Positions 35,544 to 49,952 of a stretch of DNA of 64,000 bases are shown in pieces. The notes below the pieces were generated by a model. That model had not been told where the DNA came from, did no database searches, and saw only the letters and a list, made by a program, of their open reading frames with translations. Position 1 is the first letter of the stretch; each line of letters opens with the position of its first letter. Made by a program: the position numbers and the translations under genes. Source of the DNA: the human T2T-CHM13v2.0 reference genome, Homo sapiens; assembly GCF_009914755.1 (NCBI RefSeq), contig NC_060933.1; one strand, given 5' to 3'.

Positions 35544-35860
35544 AAGGGTAGTATCATCCCAAGGTTAAGGCCCTGTCAGGGGACTCCAAACTAACTGCAA
35601 CCTCATCCAATAATAGAGGTTTACTGTTCATTTAATCTTTGGGAAATACATGTCCAGTTCTGAAAATTGTCCAAATAGTAATGAGTTTTTCACTGAAACA
35701 GGGATTTCAGTTGCTTACTGAACACTTGGTAACAAGACCATTCATTTCAGGATAAAGAGACCCTGCTAATAAACTTTGTGCATTCCTCTGAATAGAGCTA
35801 TGATCATCAAGAAGATCAGTAGAACTCGTCTATCAAACTATCTGCATAAAATGTATCATG

Positions 35861-36240
35861 GTTATTATAGGTGGAACTGTGCCCCCAAAATTCGTATGTT
35901 AAAATACTATCCCCCAGTACCTCAGAATTTGACTGTATTATTATTAAATAGAAGACAGAGCCTTTAAAGAGGTCATATGAGTGGGCCCTAATCCAGCGTG
36001 CCTGGTGTCCTTATAGGAAGAGGTGATTAGGGCACAGAGACACCAAAGACCACGTGAAGACACAGGGAGAAGACAGCCATTCCCAAGCCAAGGAGAGAGG
36101 TCTCAGGAGAAACTAACCCTGCTGACGCCTTGATCTCGAAATCTCAGACTTCTATCCTCCAGAATTGTGAGAAAATAAATTTCTGCTAAGCCACCCAGTC
36201 TGTGATACTTTCTTACAGCAGCCCTAGCTACAGCGGTACA
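35861..36240 (+). mobile_element. MaLR LTR (MLT1A/B-like)
   Basis: gggccctaatcca, caagccaaggagagagg and agaattgtgagaaaataaatttctg motifs. Confidence 0.8.
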
Positions 36241-36415
36241 ATGATCAGTGAGATCACAGACTCATGTAGACAAAAAACTTTCACTGGATAATTCTCATTA
36301 TTAATCAATCAGGCTCGATAAGAAACAATAACTATAATTTGTCATAGAGAAAATTCTTCGCTCTCATTAAGTAACCTCTGGTTACAGCACTTCAAATGCA
36401 GTTTCTGGTGCTTAC

Positions 36416-36554
36416 GTTGGGTCTCCGCGTTTCGCGGCCAGGCTTTGCCCAGGCTTTCAAAGGCACCCAGCAGATATTCCAGCTGGAGCTCCTTTTCCTT
36501 TTCATTCTCCTCTTCATTTTTGGTTGTCCGGACCCCACTGCTTTCAAGTGAGTT
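36416..36554 (-). CDS. ECPAS: ECPAS coding exon ([20 protein letters not shown]...[10 protein letters not shown])
   Basis: AG/GT ends; 139 nt; phases fit. Confidence 0.92.
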
Positions 36555-37815
36555 CTAGGATATATCAAAGAAAAGAAAATGTAATATTTTCTTCTTCAAA
36601 GTTACAGGTATACTATTAAAGCTATCAGGGTACCAACCAAGGCAGGAGATATTAACCAAGAGTTAAATGATAAATTCTCTACCATAAGTTTCCCTATTTA
36701 CAACAAGAATTTATAACCAGAATACTGTATCTCTAATAAATTTAGGCAATACTTTACAGGCATCTGTAAACAAAAGCTAAAAAAGACTGCATATGTAGTC
36801 TTTTGAGCATAACATGAAAAGACTTGCATTAGAATCAGATTTTAAAGATGGAAGAAACTCAGTAATGATCTAAATCCAAACTCTTTCTTGATAGAGAAAC
36901 AGAGGCTAAGAGAAGCAACTGGTCCAGCTTGCTAGTGATGTAATCAACTTAAAACACAAGTCTCCCAAATCCATATGCTATCACTATGTTTGTAATGGAA
37001 ATTATTTAAATAGCCTTATTACTGAAAGAAAACAACTGCAATTTAGGAGCAATAAGAAATAAGAATGTTACTTAAAATATTTCATGTTTCACAAATAAAC
37101 AGGGAAACCACACCCTTTTTTTTGGGGGGGGGACCAGTGCCCAACTTTTAAAAATGAGTATTCCATTTTCCACATGAAACTTGAGTCTTTTTTTGACCCA
37201 AATCCTCCACTATATGGCAGAGGCAATTCACATGGCACACTGAGCTTCTTGCCTTTACTCTAGGATGGCTGGGGTGGCTTAGCTTATTAGCCAAGGCAAA
37301 GCTTATTATGACATAAACTGTTCATTCACTACCAAATCCACTCTCCCCTTCTCCCATGGAGGGCAAATGGACACCCAGAATGAAGACTCAGTCTGCTGCC
37401 AGGTGTGGCTAAGTACTGACCAACAGGATGGCTATAAGTCAAAGTGCCATCTAGCGGTGCCCAGGAACTCTCCTCAAGAGAGACATGGCATGCCCACTGT
37501 ATCCTTCATCCTTGCTTCATCTCCTCTGCATTCCTGCCTAGAACACAAACACACTGTGGACCATGAGGATGATGACCACACCCTAGAAATGGCAGAGTTC
37601 AGAGCTGTAAAGAGACGGAATACCTGAACACTTTGTGATGCTCCCAACGCTTTGTGAGAAACATAGCATTGACTATCTTGTTTAAGGCCGTATTTTGGAA
37701 TTTCTCTGCTACTTGCAGCTAAACTAATCCTAATAATCAGGACATAGGGGAAAACAATTTTTTAACTTTTTCTTTTTAAAGTATAAACCAGAACTGAGGA
37801 TACAGGTGGTATTAC

Positions 37816-38008
37816 CTTCTTGATGAGAGGTATGACAATGTTAGAGAACTCCTGGAATCTGTCCTCTTTGGTGGCCTTCAAGATATCAGCTGCACAGCTG
37901 ATTGCTACAATCTTGTATTTGACATTCTCTTTGCTACATTCCTTCAGAACAGCTTGAAGAATTTCATTTGTGCTGGGTTGATTGGGCACAGACTTTTCCA
38001 GCTCTGCA
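37816..38008 (-). CDS. ECPAS: ECPAS coding exon ([10 protein letters not shown]...NIVIPLIKK)
   Basis: AG/GT ends; 193 nt; phases fit. Confidence 0.92.
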
Positions 38009-38102
38009 CTACAGGGTCCATACAAAAGCATCAGAAGTTAATAAAGGCTGCAGTTTTCGGGTCCAGTTTAAGAAATGGCATCTTCATTGAAAGAACATTT
38101 AC

Positions 38103-38146
38103 CTGCAAGCTGTCACCACACAGGCAATGGCTTTCAATAGCTCCTC
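38103..38146 (-). CDS. ECPAS: ECPAS coding exon (EELLKAIACVVTAC)
   Basis: AG/GT ends; 44 nt; needed to keep frame between neighbours. Confidence 0.9.
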
Positions 38147-39000
38147 CTAAGGGGTTGAAAGATGAGGAAATACTATTAAGCCCAAACATGTCATTTACAC
38201 TGTCTAAACCATGATTACAATTACCTTAGGAATTTTTGATAACTATGACAACAAAAATTAACAACAGTCACCTTATCTTTAATGCATAATTTTAAGCACA
38301 TCCACCAAGTTTTACTCCAAACCATGGATGTAGGATAATTATCTTCACCTCCATTTCATAGAAGCCTAAAGAACTGATTCGACCCAGGTCTCACAGAAAA
38401 CAGTGTCAACCACAGAATTGGAATGATGTCTGACTCCCAGTCCGGTACTACTTCATTCCTGCATGGGCCACTATTGACCTTTACAACATAAAGATCATTA
38501 GGTTACCACAATCTCATGTTCCCCACTGAGTGTTCACTGTAAGAATCCTACTAAAGCTCTTGTGTAAAAAAATAACTGTTACTAATTCATAGGTCCCAGA
38601 GATGGGCATCTTCAGCCCCAGGTTTAGAGGCAGGCTACCTTGCTACTCTATTTCACATATGCCCAATCCTGATCTTTCTATGCCCAATCCTGATCTGTTC
38701 ATGAGGTCAACAGGTACAAAATGCTGACAAGTTGGTTTAAGACGTAACTTGGAAGGCTGAATATGGAAAATGTATCTATCTCCAGCATTACTGTCCATTA
38801 TGCAAGGCCACACGGGTTGCAGTTTGAGAGGAAATACCACAGTTAATCAGGCAAGGTTTACCCAAAGCTTCCACTGTCTAGGAAATCTAGTTCACAAAAA
38901 TAATCCATTGGAAAAGTTACACAAAACCAGATCGTTACTATTATGCAAAATGAAAGATGAAGTCAGAATCCCTTTAACTGGGTATGAATGGTTCCTTTAC

Positions 39001-39209
39001 CTTTCCTGCCCACGTTCTTCCAGCCAGGCCTTGCAGCAATGCGGTCAGTATCATTCCGAGATATGGAGGTACTAGAGAGCTAGTCTGTTTTGCAATTGAT
39101 GCCATGGCAATTGCACCCTGGGCTTTCATTTTCCAGGACTGAGACTGCAAAGCCTTCTGGGTAATAGTAATTAACTCCTGCAGGTATAATCGAATGCCAC
39201 CAAAGGATC
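39001..39209 (-). CDS. ECPAS: ECPAS coding exon ([10 protein letters not shown]...LAGRTWAGK)
   Basis: AG/GT ends; 209 nt; phases fit. Confidence 0.93.
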
Positions 39210-39808
39210 CTAGGAAAGCAAAATTAAAACAACTTTTAAGTGACAAGAAAAATTAACTGATTTTTCTAAACCTGAAAAAAAGTCAGTGACCAACAGTATA
39301 AAAGCAGTGACTCTCAACTGTTAAAACACACCACTCTCTCAAAGGGAGAGAAAGTGTGTTGGTGTTGTGACTTATTCTCACAATAGTAGAACTTTACGAA
39401 CTTGGGTGCCCACAGGAACGTATCACACAAATGGGCATCATCAATTAATATGCGACAAGGTGAAAAACACATTTAGAAAACTACTCTAAAATACTCTAAG
39501 GCCACATAAAATCACACTCTTAATTAAAAATGTAAAGCTCTCCTTGCTCACAGGGTTTATATTCTCTCATGTGGGCAGTGATGAATGAGTAAAGACAAAA
39601 ATCCTGAGTGCCAACCTTGAGAACTCAGCAATTTGGATGGGTTCAAAACTAAATGGGATGAGCAATTTGGATGGGTTTAAAACTAAATGGGATGCATATT
39701 AAGGTCCTGGGAAAGTAACTTCAGAGGAGTTTATGAATAACGAATGCAAGTAAAAAATTCTAGCTGTGATTCCTAAGAAGCAGGTTTAACTCAGGCCACA
39801 CTACTAAC

Positions 39809-40000
39809 CAGGTACGTTTTCCTGCCACACTTCGGTCCATAAATTACATTCTTCTTTTTCGGATTTCTCCTCATCAGCAATTTCATGCATGCCTAAAAAT
39901 GCCAGAGGCAGGACTTCTTTTGCATGATTCTTTAATACATCAGGGCTGTATCGTCCAATAGCATGAATAGTCAAAGCACAAGAGGTCTTGTAGATAGGTT
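39809..40000 (-). CDS. ECPAS: ECPAS coding exon ([10 protein letters not shown]...EVWQENVP)
   Basis: AG/GT ends; 192 nt; phases fit. Confidence 0.92.
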
Positions 40001-40128
40001 CTGAAAAGGAGAAACCAAAATCTTTACGATATTTATTGTTTTTAAGGGTAACTGATCTAAACAGGCTATTGTTCAACTCATATAATAGCAAAACAAACAG
40101 GTAAAATCAATTAGAAATGTTTCTAGCA

Positions 40129-40477
<349 letters not shown>

Positions 40478-40549
40478 CTAATTTGTACTGTTTTACTGGG
40501 CTGTTAACATCTAAATTTAAAATGACATAAAATAGAAAAAGAAAGGTAC

Positions 40550-40616
40550 CTTCTTTCTCCATATACCACCCATTGAGCTTCTGCAGGAGTTTTTCAGTGC
40601 TGCTATCCCGTGAGGT
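40550..40616 (-). CDS. ECPAS: ECPAS coding exon ([22 protein letters not shown])
   Basis: AG/GT ends; 67 nt; phases fit. Confidence 0.92.
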
Positions 40617-40694
40617 CTGAAAAAGAAACAATCCTAAGTATTTCTTTATAACTGTCAAAGAGTTTTATTTAACTAAGCAAGAAATTTAACTCAC

Positions 40695-40786
40695 CCGAAC
40701 TAAATGGCCCATAGCAAATGCACAAGATTTCTGAATCACACTGTTCCGATCTGTCAGGCCACTCAGCAAAGCACTCATAAGTTTAC
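40695..40786 (-). CDS. ECPAS: ECPAS coding exon ([30 protein letters not shown])
   Basis: AG/GT ends; 92 nt; phases fit. Confidence 0.92.
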
Positions 40787-41351
40787 CTACCAGAAATAAA
40801 GAGAAAAAAATCTGATACTTGGTTGACCAAATGTTCCACTCTGTTCCCAGAACCCAAACAAACCTAACCCTGTAATTAACATCTGATTTACTCCACAGTA
40901 GTTTAGATTTCTGGATGTTATATTTATATATCCATTTGCTTCCTTTTACATGATATAAAGTTAAAATTAAACTAGAATATCGTGGAAAAAGATGCAAAAT
41001 AAGAACGAGGTATATAAAGAACACTAGTCCAGTCTAGAAGCCAATCTAAGAAGAGAAAAATGCTGATGTAAAATCAGCTATCAATGGTAAGTCCTGTGGA
41101 AAAGAGGATACTTTTACCTCCTTATACCACTAAGGAATAATCAAATGTTTATGAACAGTGAAAAGCTGCTAAACTTGATAAACTCTGCACCTCCTGCAGA
41201 CAAAGAAATGAAGGAGTCAGGGGACTGAGGGGAGAAAAGGCACACAGCATCACAAGCAGGTCTGAATGGTAAGTATTTTTCCTTTTTAAAACTCTGTCAC
41301 ACAAGACAGGGCTGTGCAAAAATATCACCACACATCCCTTGACAAACTCAC

Positions 41352-41418
41352 CTGAGTAAGGTGTTAGGTCCTGAGGACACTGAGTAGTTAATGACACAAT
41401 GACACTGGCACAGCCACC
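41352..41418 (-). CDS. ECPAS: ECPAS coding exon ([22 protein letters not shown])
   Basis: AG/GT ends; 67 nt; phases fit. Confidence 0.92.
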
Positions 41419-42492
41419 CTACAGGGTTACAAAAGCAAAGGTCTAAATCTGATGGTCACAATGTTCTACCTACCAAACCATTGGCTTAGGTGCCAAAAAT
41501 TTAAACATATAAAATACATGAAGCCTAATACCCCCTCCAGGACTCAATATAGAAAAAGGCAAACTCTTAAACTAGTAATGCAGCGATTTTTTTTAAACCT
41601 CCAAGAGAAAGATGGGTGATCTCAGACATTGTGAAAAAGAAAGAAAACTGGTACAATCTTCTGGAAAAGCAAAATATGTCATCTTGTCCATCACTGTGCT
41701 AACATTTCCATTTCCAGAAATTTAACCAAATATCTTCAGGTGTGCCTGAAGACACTCATCACAGTGCTTTACTATTTTTTTCAAAAACTGAAAACAAATC
41801 AGATGTTCCTTGATGGAGTAAAATAAATGATGTTACATCCATACAGTGGAGTATCATACGGCCATTAGAAGAGGACACTGCAGAAGATACATGTGCAGAA
41901 AAGACTGGAAGGAAACACTTCAAAATATTAACAGCAGTTATCTCTGTATGGCAAAATTCTGGACAATTTTTATTTTAACTTTCTCCTAATCTATAAATGC
42001 TAAAATTTTAAAATACCAGCAAGTGTTAATTTTGTCATAAGAAAAAATGTGAGTTATTAATTTGTTGTTAAAAGGGTGGTAGGGGGGTGTCTGATCCTTC
42101 AAAGATCTTGAAAACTAGGACATTTTTCTATTCAAACACTGCTGACCCCTCTGTGAAAAATGCAATTGCCACCTAAAACAATCCATGCCCTAATAACTGG
42201 ATGTGCATTTCCATGAACTGCTAATGAATGACAACCCAGAGGGTATGTACACGGCAACCAGAGAACAGAAATGATTCCACTAAATAAGTTAATACTTACT
42301 GGAACAGTTAGATGTTTTATTTCTTGAACCAGTTACATGTTTTCAGTTATCAGTGCAACCACAGAAATAAAATGGTTAGTGTATAATATTAGATTTTGTG
42401 GTAAAACATGAATTTCAAACATGATGGCTGTTATATCCTTATGGCCAGAACTAATGAAGATGCACATTTCCTCTTGTGGAAAGTACACTTAC

Positions 42493-42582
42493 CTTAGTTC
42501 CAAGACCTACACCACTTCTGATCAGTTCACACAACCTAGGAACTAGCTCGCCCAGCACTGACACATCAAGGTATTGCAGGCA
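42493..42582 (-). CDS. ECPAS: ECPAS coding exon ([30 protein letters not shown])
   Basis: AG/GT ends; 90 nt; phase 0/0. Confidence 0.92.
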
Positions 42583-43855
42583 CTTTTGAAAAAGGACAAA
42601 TATAAAGGTAAGCCTTGGCAAATAAGTCAGGACCACATCTTCAATTAAAAACTGCCCTTGTCAAACGTGTACCAACTGGATTTGACATGAAGTTGAAAAA
42701 TCACTGCTTGCTTCTGCTCTGATTTCAATATTAAAACCACTATTGTACTACAAACAGAAAAATTATTCATCAGTGATTCAACACTAAAAACAAACAAAAA
42801 AATGAAAAACATCAATTTGCTAAAAAAGAAAAATAATGATTACTCAAGAATGAAGAATCTTTCTGGGCCTACTTCCTCTTTATCAATCCATGTTTAGTAT
42901 AAAAAACCTAAACTAAATATTGATCTTCTACAGTGGGCCTACCCTACCAAACCCCCTCTAATGAGTCAACTTCTTAGATGACTTTTCCTATAAATTGCTG
43001 GCCTTTATTTTTGAAAATGCAATTAACATGTTTTCTATTACTAATGAATATAACTAAATGGTATTCACTAACTATTCCTATTTCTTTAAATTTTTATTTC
43101 CCCCCAATAATCCAACTAAGACATAACATTCTTAGACCAAATTTTGGTAATACTCCCCCAGCAGGCACTAAAAAATAGCTACTTCTCTTCACCAGTTTAA
43201 CATAGTTTTTTGTACACTTCAGTTTTTTTAGGGGTTGGATCTATACCTTCAGAGTCCTGCTAAAGGTACAGATCTGCTTAGCAAACTAATTTCCAGTAAA
43301 CACAATCATAGCTAACTAACCATTACAGGGAATGCACAACAGAGTAACTTTACCAAGACTCCAGGAAGTTTAGAAATCAGAACCTCAGAATGCCAAGCAG
43401 CCCTTTACTGCAAATGCCTTCCTATGACTAAAACAACATATCGACATTGCCCAATCTCTTCACATACCTTTATGTTACCTACTTCATTAAATACCTCCAC
43501 AGCTTATAACTTTCCTAGTTCCTCCCAAAGATAACTATTAGGCACAGGCACAACTCTGAACCTTTCTAAATAGGCAGATCAAAAGACTACAGATGTAAAT
43601 TTATAGAGAGCTCTTGATATGTTGTTGTCTCTTGTAATACAAATTTGGACCAACTGTTTCTGGTATTTGGGGAATTATTTATTCCACTTAGTAACAGAGA
43701 AGAAAAGAGAAATATACTAAGAAAAAACTGGAGTCACAACAGCTGCTTGACTCATCCCATAAGTCTCTGCTTCATTTAACATAGCCTGAAGACTTTGAAG
43801 AATTACACTTTCAGGTAAGCAAACAAACCCTCTCATTATTATTTAAGACACTCAC

Positions 43856-43921
43856 CATGTTGATTGTTTCCATCATTGGAGAAGATTTGGCAGCACTAAG
43901 CCGAGCACTATCCATCGCAGC
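43856..43921 (-). CDS. ECPAS: ECPAS coding exon (AAMDSARLSAAKSSPMMETINM)
   Basis: AG/GT ends; 66 nt; phase 0/0. Confidence 0.92.
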
Positions 43922-45244
43922 CTAAAGAAGAGAAATTAAAGTCACCCGGCACATTCAATTAATTAGGAATAATCCGCACAAACACCCATAAAAGACTTTC
44001 ACTTCCAAGCTAAAGAACTTTAAAAAAAAATAATCCGTAGCTATAACAAAGGCAAACATCAAGTCTAACTCTAATTTCTTTTGACCTACACTCAACAATT
44101 TACCAGGGGAACCAGCACCACACTACAGGTGAGAAATTCAGATAACAGTTAAGAAATCAGCATAGTATGGCTCTGGGCAAGTCATCCAGCCTTCTTGAGC
44201 CTGAGGTTCTCCATCCACTAAATAAAGGAACTGACTAAACAAATTTCTAAGGTTTTTAAAATTATGTCTAAGCAGTAGAAAATTTTATACGTGCAGTTCT
44301 TTAACTTTGTAATTACCCTTCGTATCTATGAAGGTATTTTAATCTAACAACTGTGCTGAAGGAGAGGTTAACACTATCCAGATATGATAAGGGAGAAAAG
44401 TAAGGCATACACAAGTGACTTGCCTAGGGCTACAAAGTTTAGACTAGAATTTATGTTTCCAAATTCTCAATGCTTAGTAAACATCCTATGGGCACCCAGG
44501 AAGGTGCAAGTCTACTGCTGAAAGAGGGAAAAATAATGAATGAAGAAGAAACAGCAATATTAGAGGCAAAGGGTAAAGAGAGTAAGTTATTAGAGAAGTT
44601 TAGGCAAGTTAAAGATCAAATAGTGAACAGAGGAAACATGTTGTATATAACAGGGTTTAACAGTTCTAATAAAAATACATAAATTAAAAAAACAGTCAAA
44701 TAGAAAAATAGACATGGAACATAAACACAATCACAGAAGAAATATAAACGACTAATACAATATTGAAAAGGCAATGGACAATGCTAGGAAAAGAGTGCAA
44801 ATCAGAAAAATGAGATTCTTGTTATCACACATACGTTATTCAACAGTGCCAAAGGTACGGAGAAAAAAAGAACACTTAAAACCTTTGATGTTGCAAAACC
44901 TCTCCATCAAAAATTCAAAATCACCTCACTGTAGAACACTATACATACATTAAAAAGAATAAGTGTATATATAGACACGATATACTGTTAATTTAAAAAA
45001 CAAATCACAGAACAACATTCACGGTCTGATACTATTTTTAAATTAGTATGTTTGTTTGGTTTGGTAGCCTATGACTAAAAAGGAATTTGAGAGAAGGCAC
45101 AGGAAACTTTTGACAGCAGGTGCTCCTCAGGGAATGATACTGTGGTGATTGGGAGACCTTCTATGGGATTACTTTCTATCCTTCTGTATTAACTTTTCAC
45201 AATAAATATGTTTCATCTGAAGTTTTAAAAAATGACTCTGATCA

Positions 45245-45627
<383 letters not shown>

Positions 45628-45959
45628 CTAGGTGCAAATACTCTTTGCTTACAGGGCGAGGGAGCCCATGGAAGGACTCTGAAGGTATAGATCCAAGCCC
45701 TAACAAAATTGAAATATACAAAAAACTATGTTAAACAAATGTTAATTCATTTTTTAGATGGAAGTGTCAGTTTTCATCCAATTCACAAGACAGTGTATGA
45801 GCTGACAACCTCTCTCCAAAAAAACAGTAAAACACTGCATGTGGTGACAGAGGGTGAGTTCTGGTAACAGTAGTGACAGTGTCATTCAAATGAACCTTGG
45901 TATCTTAACAGGGCTCTTCCCTCATGATACTTACCAATATGCCTGCGCTATCCACTCAC

Positions 45960-46110
45960 CTTTTCTTGCTCTGTCGCCCGGAGGCTCAAATAATTGAGAA
46001 CTTGGGGCTCCAATACACTTAAGGACTCTAGCAGAGCTGGAATGAGTTTTGGTGCATGCGGTTTCAACATGGCTCCTGCACTTTTGCTGATCTTCACAAG
46101 GGTGTTAATG
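45960..46110 (-). CDS. ECPAS: ECPAS coding exon ([12 protein letters not shown]...[10 protein letters not shown])
   Basis: AG/GT ends; 151 nt; phases fit. Confidence 0.93.
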
Positions 46111-46535
46111 CTACAAACATATGGAACACAACTCCTGAGTCCTTTTAACAAAAGTGAGAAGACCTACAAATCTAACCATGAGGATGTTCTGCAGTTCACT
46201 GCATTAAAGCATATTTTCACATGGTTGCAGAGCCTGGTCTGGGCATTACTTTTTTTAACTTTTATTAAAGAAACTTTGAAGCATATATAGAGGTAGGTAG
46301 AATGATAAATGAAGTAGGAAAAGCCTACCTTCATTAATAGTAGGAATGAAGTTCCATGTATTTATTTATAGTAGGAATTTATATTTATAGTGAAATTTTA
46401 TGGTAGGAATTTATAGTAGGCATGAAATTCCATGTATTCTCCACCCAGTTCAACAATTAGCAACATTTGACCAATTTTGTTTCATTTATACCTCCTCCAT
46501 ACATACAGCCGCTATTCCCCCCTGCCACTGTATTA

Positions 46536-49030
46536 CAGTCATGTGCTGCATGAGACATTTCAGTCAACAACAACAGACCACAATGTCCAGCAGTAGTCCC
46601 ATAAGATCATACAAGAATACCTTGGGGATACTGCAGGTTCTGTTCCAGACCACCATAATAAAGAAAGCCACATGAATTTTCTAGTTTACCAGTGCATATA
46701 GAAGTTTTGTTTACACTATATTGTAGTCTATTAAGTGTGCAATAGCATTATGTCTAAAAGAAAGTACATTAGTTAACTTTAAAATATCTTAATGCTACTG
46801 ATCATCTCAGCTTTCAGCGAGTCATTATCTTTTTGCTGGTGGAGGGTCCTACCTCAATGGTGATGCCTACTGACTAATCAGGGTGGTGTTTGCTGAATGC
46901 TGGCGTGGCTGTCGTAATTTCTTAAAATAAGTCAACAATGAAGTTCGCTGCATCAATCAACTCCTCCTTTCACAAAATAATTCTTTGTAGCATGAGATGC
47001 AGTTTGATAGCATTTTGCCCACATTAGAACGTCTTTCAAAGTTAGAGTCAATCCTCTCCAACCCTGTTGTTGCTTTATCAACTAAGTTTATGAAATATTC
47101 TAAATCCTTTGTGGTCATTTTAACAATGTTCACAGAATCTTCACCAGGAGTAGCTTGCATCTCATGAAACCACTTTCTTTGCTCATCGATAAGAAGCAAC
47201 TCCTCTTCTGTTCAAGTTTCATCAGGAGATTGCAACAATTCAGTCACGTCTTCAGGCCCCACTTACGATTTCCACCACATATGCAGTGACTTTCTCCAAT
47301 GACATCTTGAACCCCTCAAAGTCATCCATGAAAGTTGGAATCAACTTCTTCCAAACTATTAATGACATTTTGACCTCCTCCCATGAATCATGAATGTTCT
47401 TAACAGCACCTACAATGGTAAGCCCTTTCCAGAAGGTTTTCAATTTACTTTGCCCAGATCCATCAAAGGAATCACTATCAATGGCAGCTCTAGCCTTACA
47501 AAATATACTTCTTGAATAGTAAGACTTGAAAGTTGAAATTACACCTTGATCCATGGGCTTCAGAATGGATGTTGTGTTATGCTAACAGCCATGAAAACAT
47601 TCATTTCCTTGTACCTCTCTATCAGAGCTTTTGGGTGACCAGGCACACTGTCAATGAGCAGTAATACTTTGAAAGGAATCTTTGGGGTTTTTTTTGGTTT
47701 GGTTTTTGTTTTGTTGTTATTTTTTTGTTTGTTTGTTTTTTGTTTTTGTTTTTTTAGCAGTAGGCCTCAACAGTGGACTTAAAATACTCAGTAAACCATG
47801 CTGTTAACAGATAAGCTGTCATCCAGACTTTGTTGTTCCATTTCTAGAGCACAGAGCAGATTTAGCAGAATTCTTAAGGCTTTAGGATTTTCAGAATGGT
47901 AAATGAGCACTGGCTTCAACTTAGTCACCAGCTGCATTCGCCCCTAACAAGACAGTCAGCCTGGCCTTTGAAGCGTTGCAGCCGGGCACTGACTTCTCTC
48001 TAGCTAGGAAAATCCTACATGGTATCTTTTGCCAACAAAAGGCTATTTCATCTCCATTGAAAATCTGTTGTTGAGTGTAGACACCTTTATCAGTGATCTT
48101 AGCTAGATCTTCTGGATAACCTGCTGCAGCTTCTGTATCAGCAACTGCTGCTTCACCTTGCATCTTTATGTTATGAAGACAGCTTCTTTCCTTAAACCTC
48201 ATGAGCCAACCTCTGCTAGCTTCCAACTTTTCTTCTGCAGCTTCCTTACTTCTCTTAGACTTCACAGAATTGAAGAGAGTTAGGGCCTTGCTCTGGATTA
48301 GGCTTTGGCTGAAGGGAATTTTGTGGCTGATTTGATCTTCTATCCAGAATATTCAAACTTTCTCCCTGTTAGCAAAAGGCTGTTTTGCTTTCTTATCATT
48401 TGTGTGTTGGCTAACATAGCACTTTAAACTTCGTTTAAGAACATTTCCTTTACATTCACAACTTGGCTGTTTGGCACAAGAGGCCTAGCTTTCAGCCTAT
48501 CTCAGCTTTCATGACATCCCTTCCTCACTAAGCTTAATCATTTCTAGCTTTCTATTTAAAGTAAGAGACAGGCAACTCTTCCCTTCATTTAGACAGAGGG
48601 CATTGTGGGGTTATTAATTAGCCTAATTCCAATATTGTTGTGTCTCAGGGAATGAGACATTTGAGAAGAGGGAGAGAGATGGGGAACAGCTGTTCAGTGG
48701 AGCAATCAGGACACACACAACACTGACCAATTAAGTTCACCATCTTAAATGGGTGTAGTTCATACAACTCCAAAACAATTACAAAATAACATCAAAGATC
48801 ACTGATCACAGATCACCAAAACAGATATAATAGTAATGCAAAGTATGAAATACCGTGAGAATTACCAAAATATGACATAGAGATATGAAGTGAACAGATT
48901 TGTGGCAACCCTGCATCAAGCAATCTAACTGCACCATTTTTCCAACTTCATGTTAATGTGTGCACAACCATGAAATCACCTAACGACACATTTCTCAGAA
49001 ATATCCTTGTCACTAAGTGACGTGTGACTG
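46536..49030 (+). mobile_element. Tigger3 (GOLEM/MER7-type) termini at 46536-46611 and ~48950-49030, split by Tigger1
   Basis: Terminal inverted repeats cagtcatgtgctgcat... and ...aagtgacgtgtgactg; preceded by TA. Confidence 0.7.
46612..48946 (-). mobile_element. Near full-length Tigger1 DNA transposon with degraded pogo-like transposase
   Basis: Minus-strand peptides [23 protein letters not shown] and MDQGVISTFKSYY; TIR-like caagaataccttgggga at 46612 after TA. Confidence 0.9.
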
Positions 49031-49385
49031 CATTTGAAAGCATATCCCTTAACTAAACTTCACTATGAATATCTAAAAGCAAAGGCTCTTTATCATAATC
49101 ATAATACCATTTTCACACTTTAAAAATATTAATGATTTTTTCATATCAAGTATCCAAATTTCTCTGTTTCATTAGCTTCTTAAACAGTTGGCATGTTTGA
49201 ATCAGGATCCAAGCTCACTCACACATTGCAATCTACTGCATTTCTTAAATCTTTTTTAACAGTCTCCACTCTCCTCTTTTTTTCTTCTTCGTCCTCTTTG
49301 ATTGTATTCCAGTCATGTCATTTAACATGTTCCTCTTTCCCCTGCACAGATCTACAGGCTAAACTGAGTTCACGTTCAATTTTGT

Positions 49386-49388
<3 letters not shown>

Positions 49389-49421
<33 letters not shown>
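49389..49421. repeat. (CA)n microsatellite
   Basis: Seen directly. Confidence 0.95.
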
Positions 49422-49423
<2 letters not shown>

Positions 49424-49639
49424 GAATCCTTCCTAGGCAATGCTGTGTGTCCTATTCCTCCTATTCCATCACATCACCATGCACTGGTTGTCTTTTTGTG
49501 CTATAAGGAGTGATTGGTAGGTTCAGGTCTGGTTGCCCTGAATCATTATAAAGTTCTCTTCAGCCATTCACCCAGTGGATTTAGGGGCATCTAATGATCA
49601 CTACTTAGATTATTTTACTGAGGAGAGCAAAAAGTGATA

Positions 49640-49952
<313 letters not shown>

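Noticed and set aside
46957-48603. Domesticated TIGD1-like transposase gene
   Set aside because: Split into several short ORFs by stops, frameshifts and a T-rich insertion at ~47680-47755
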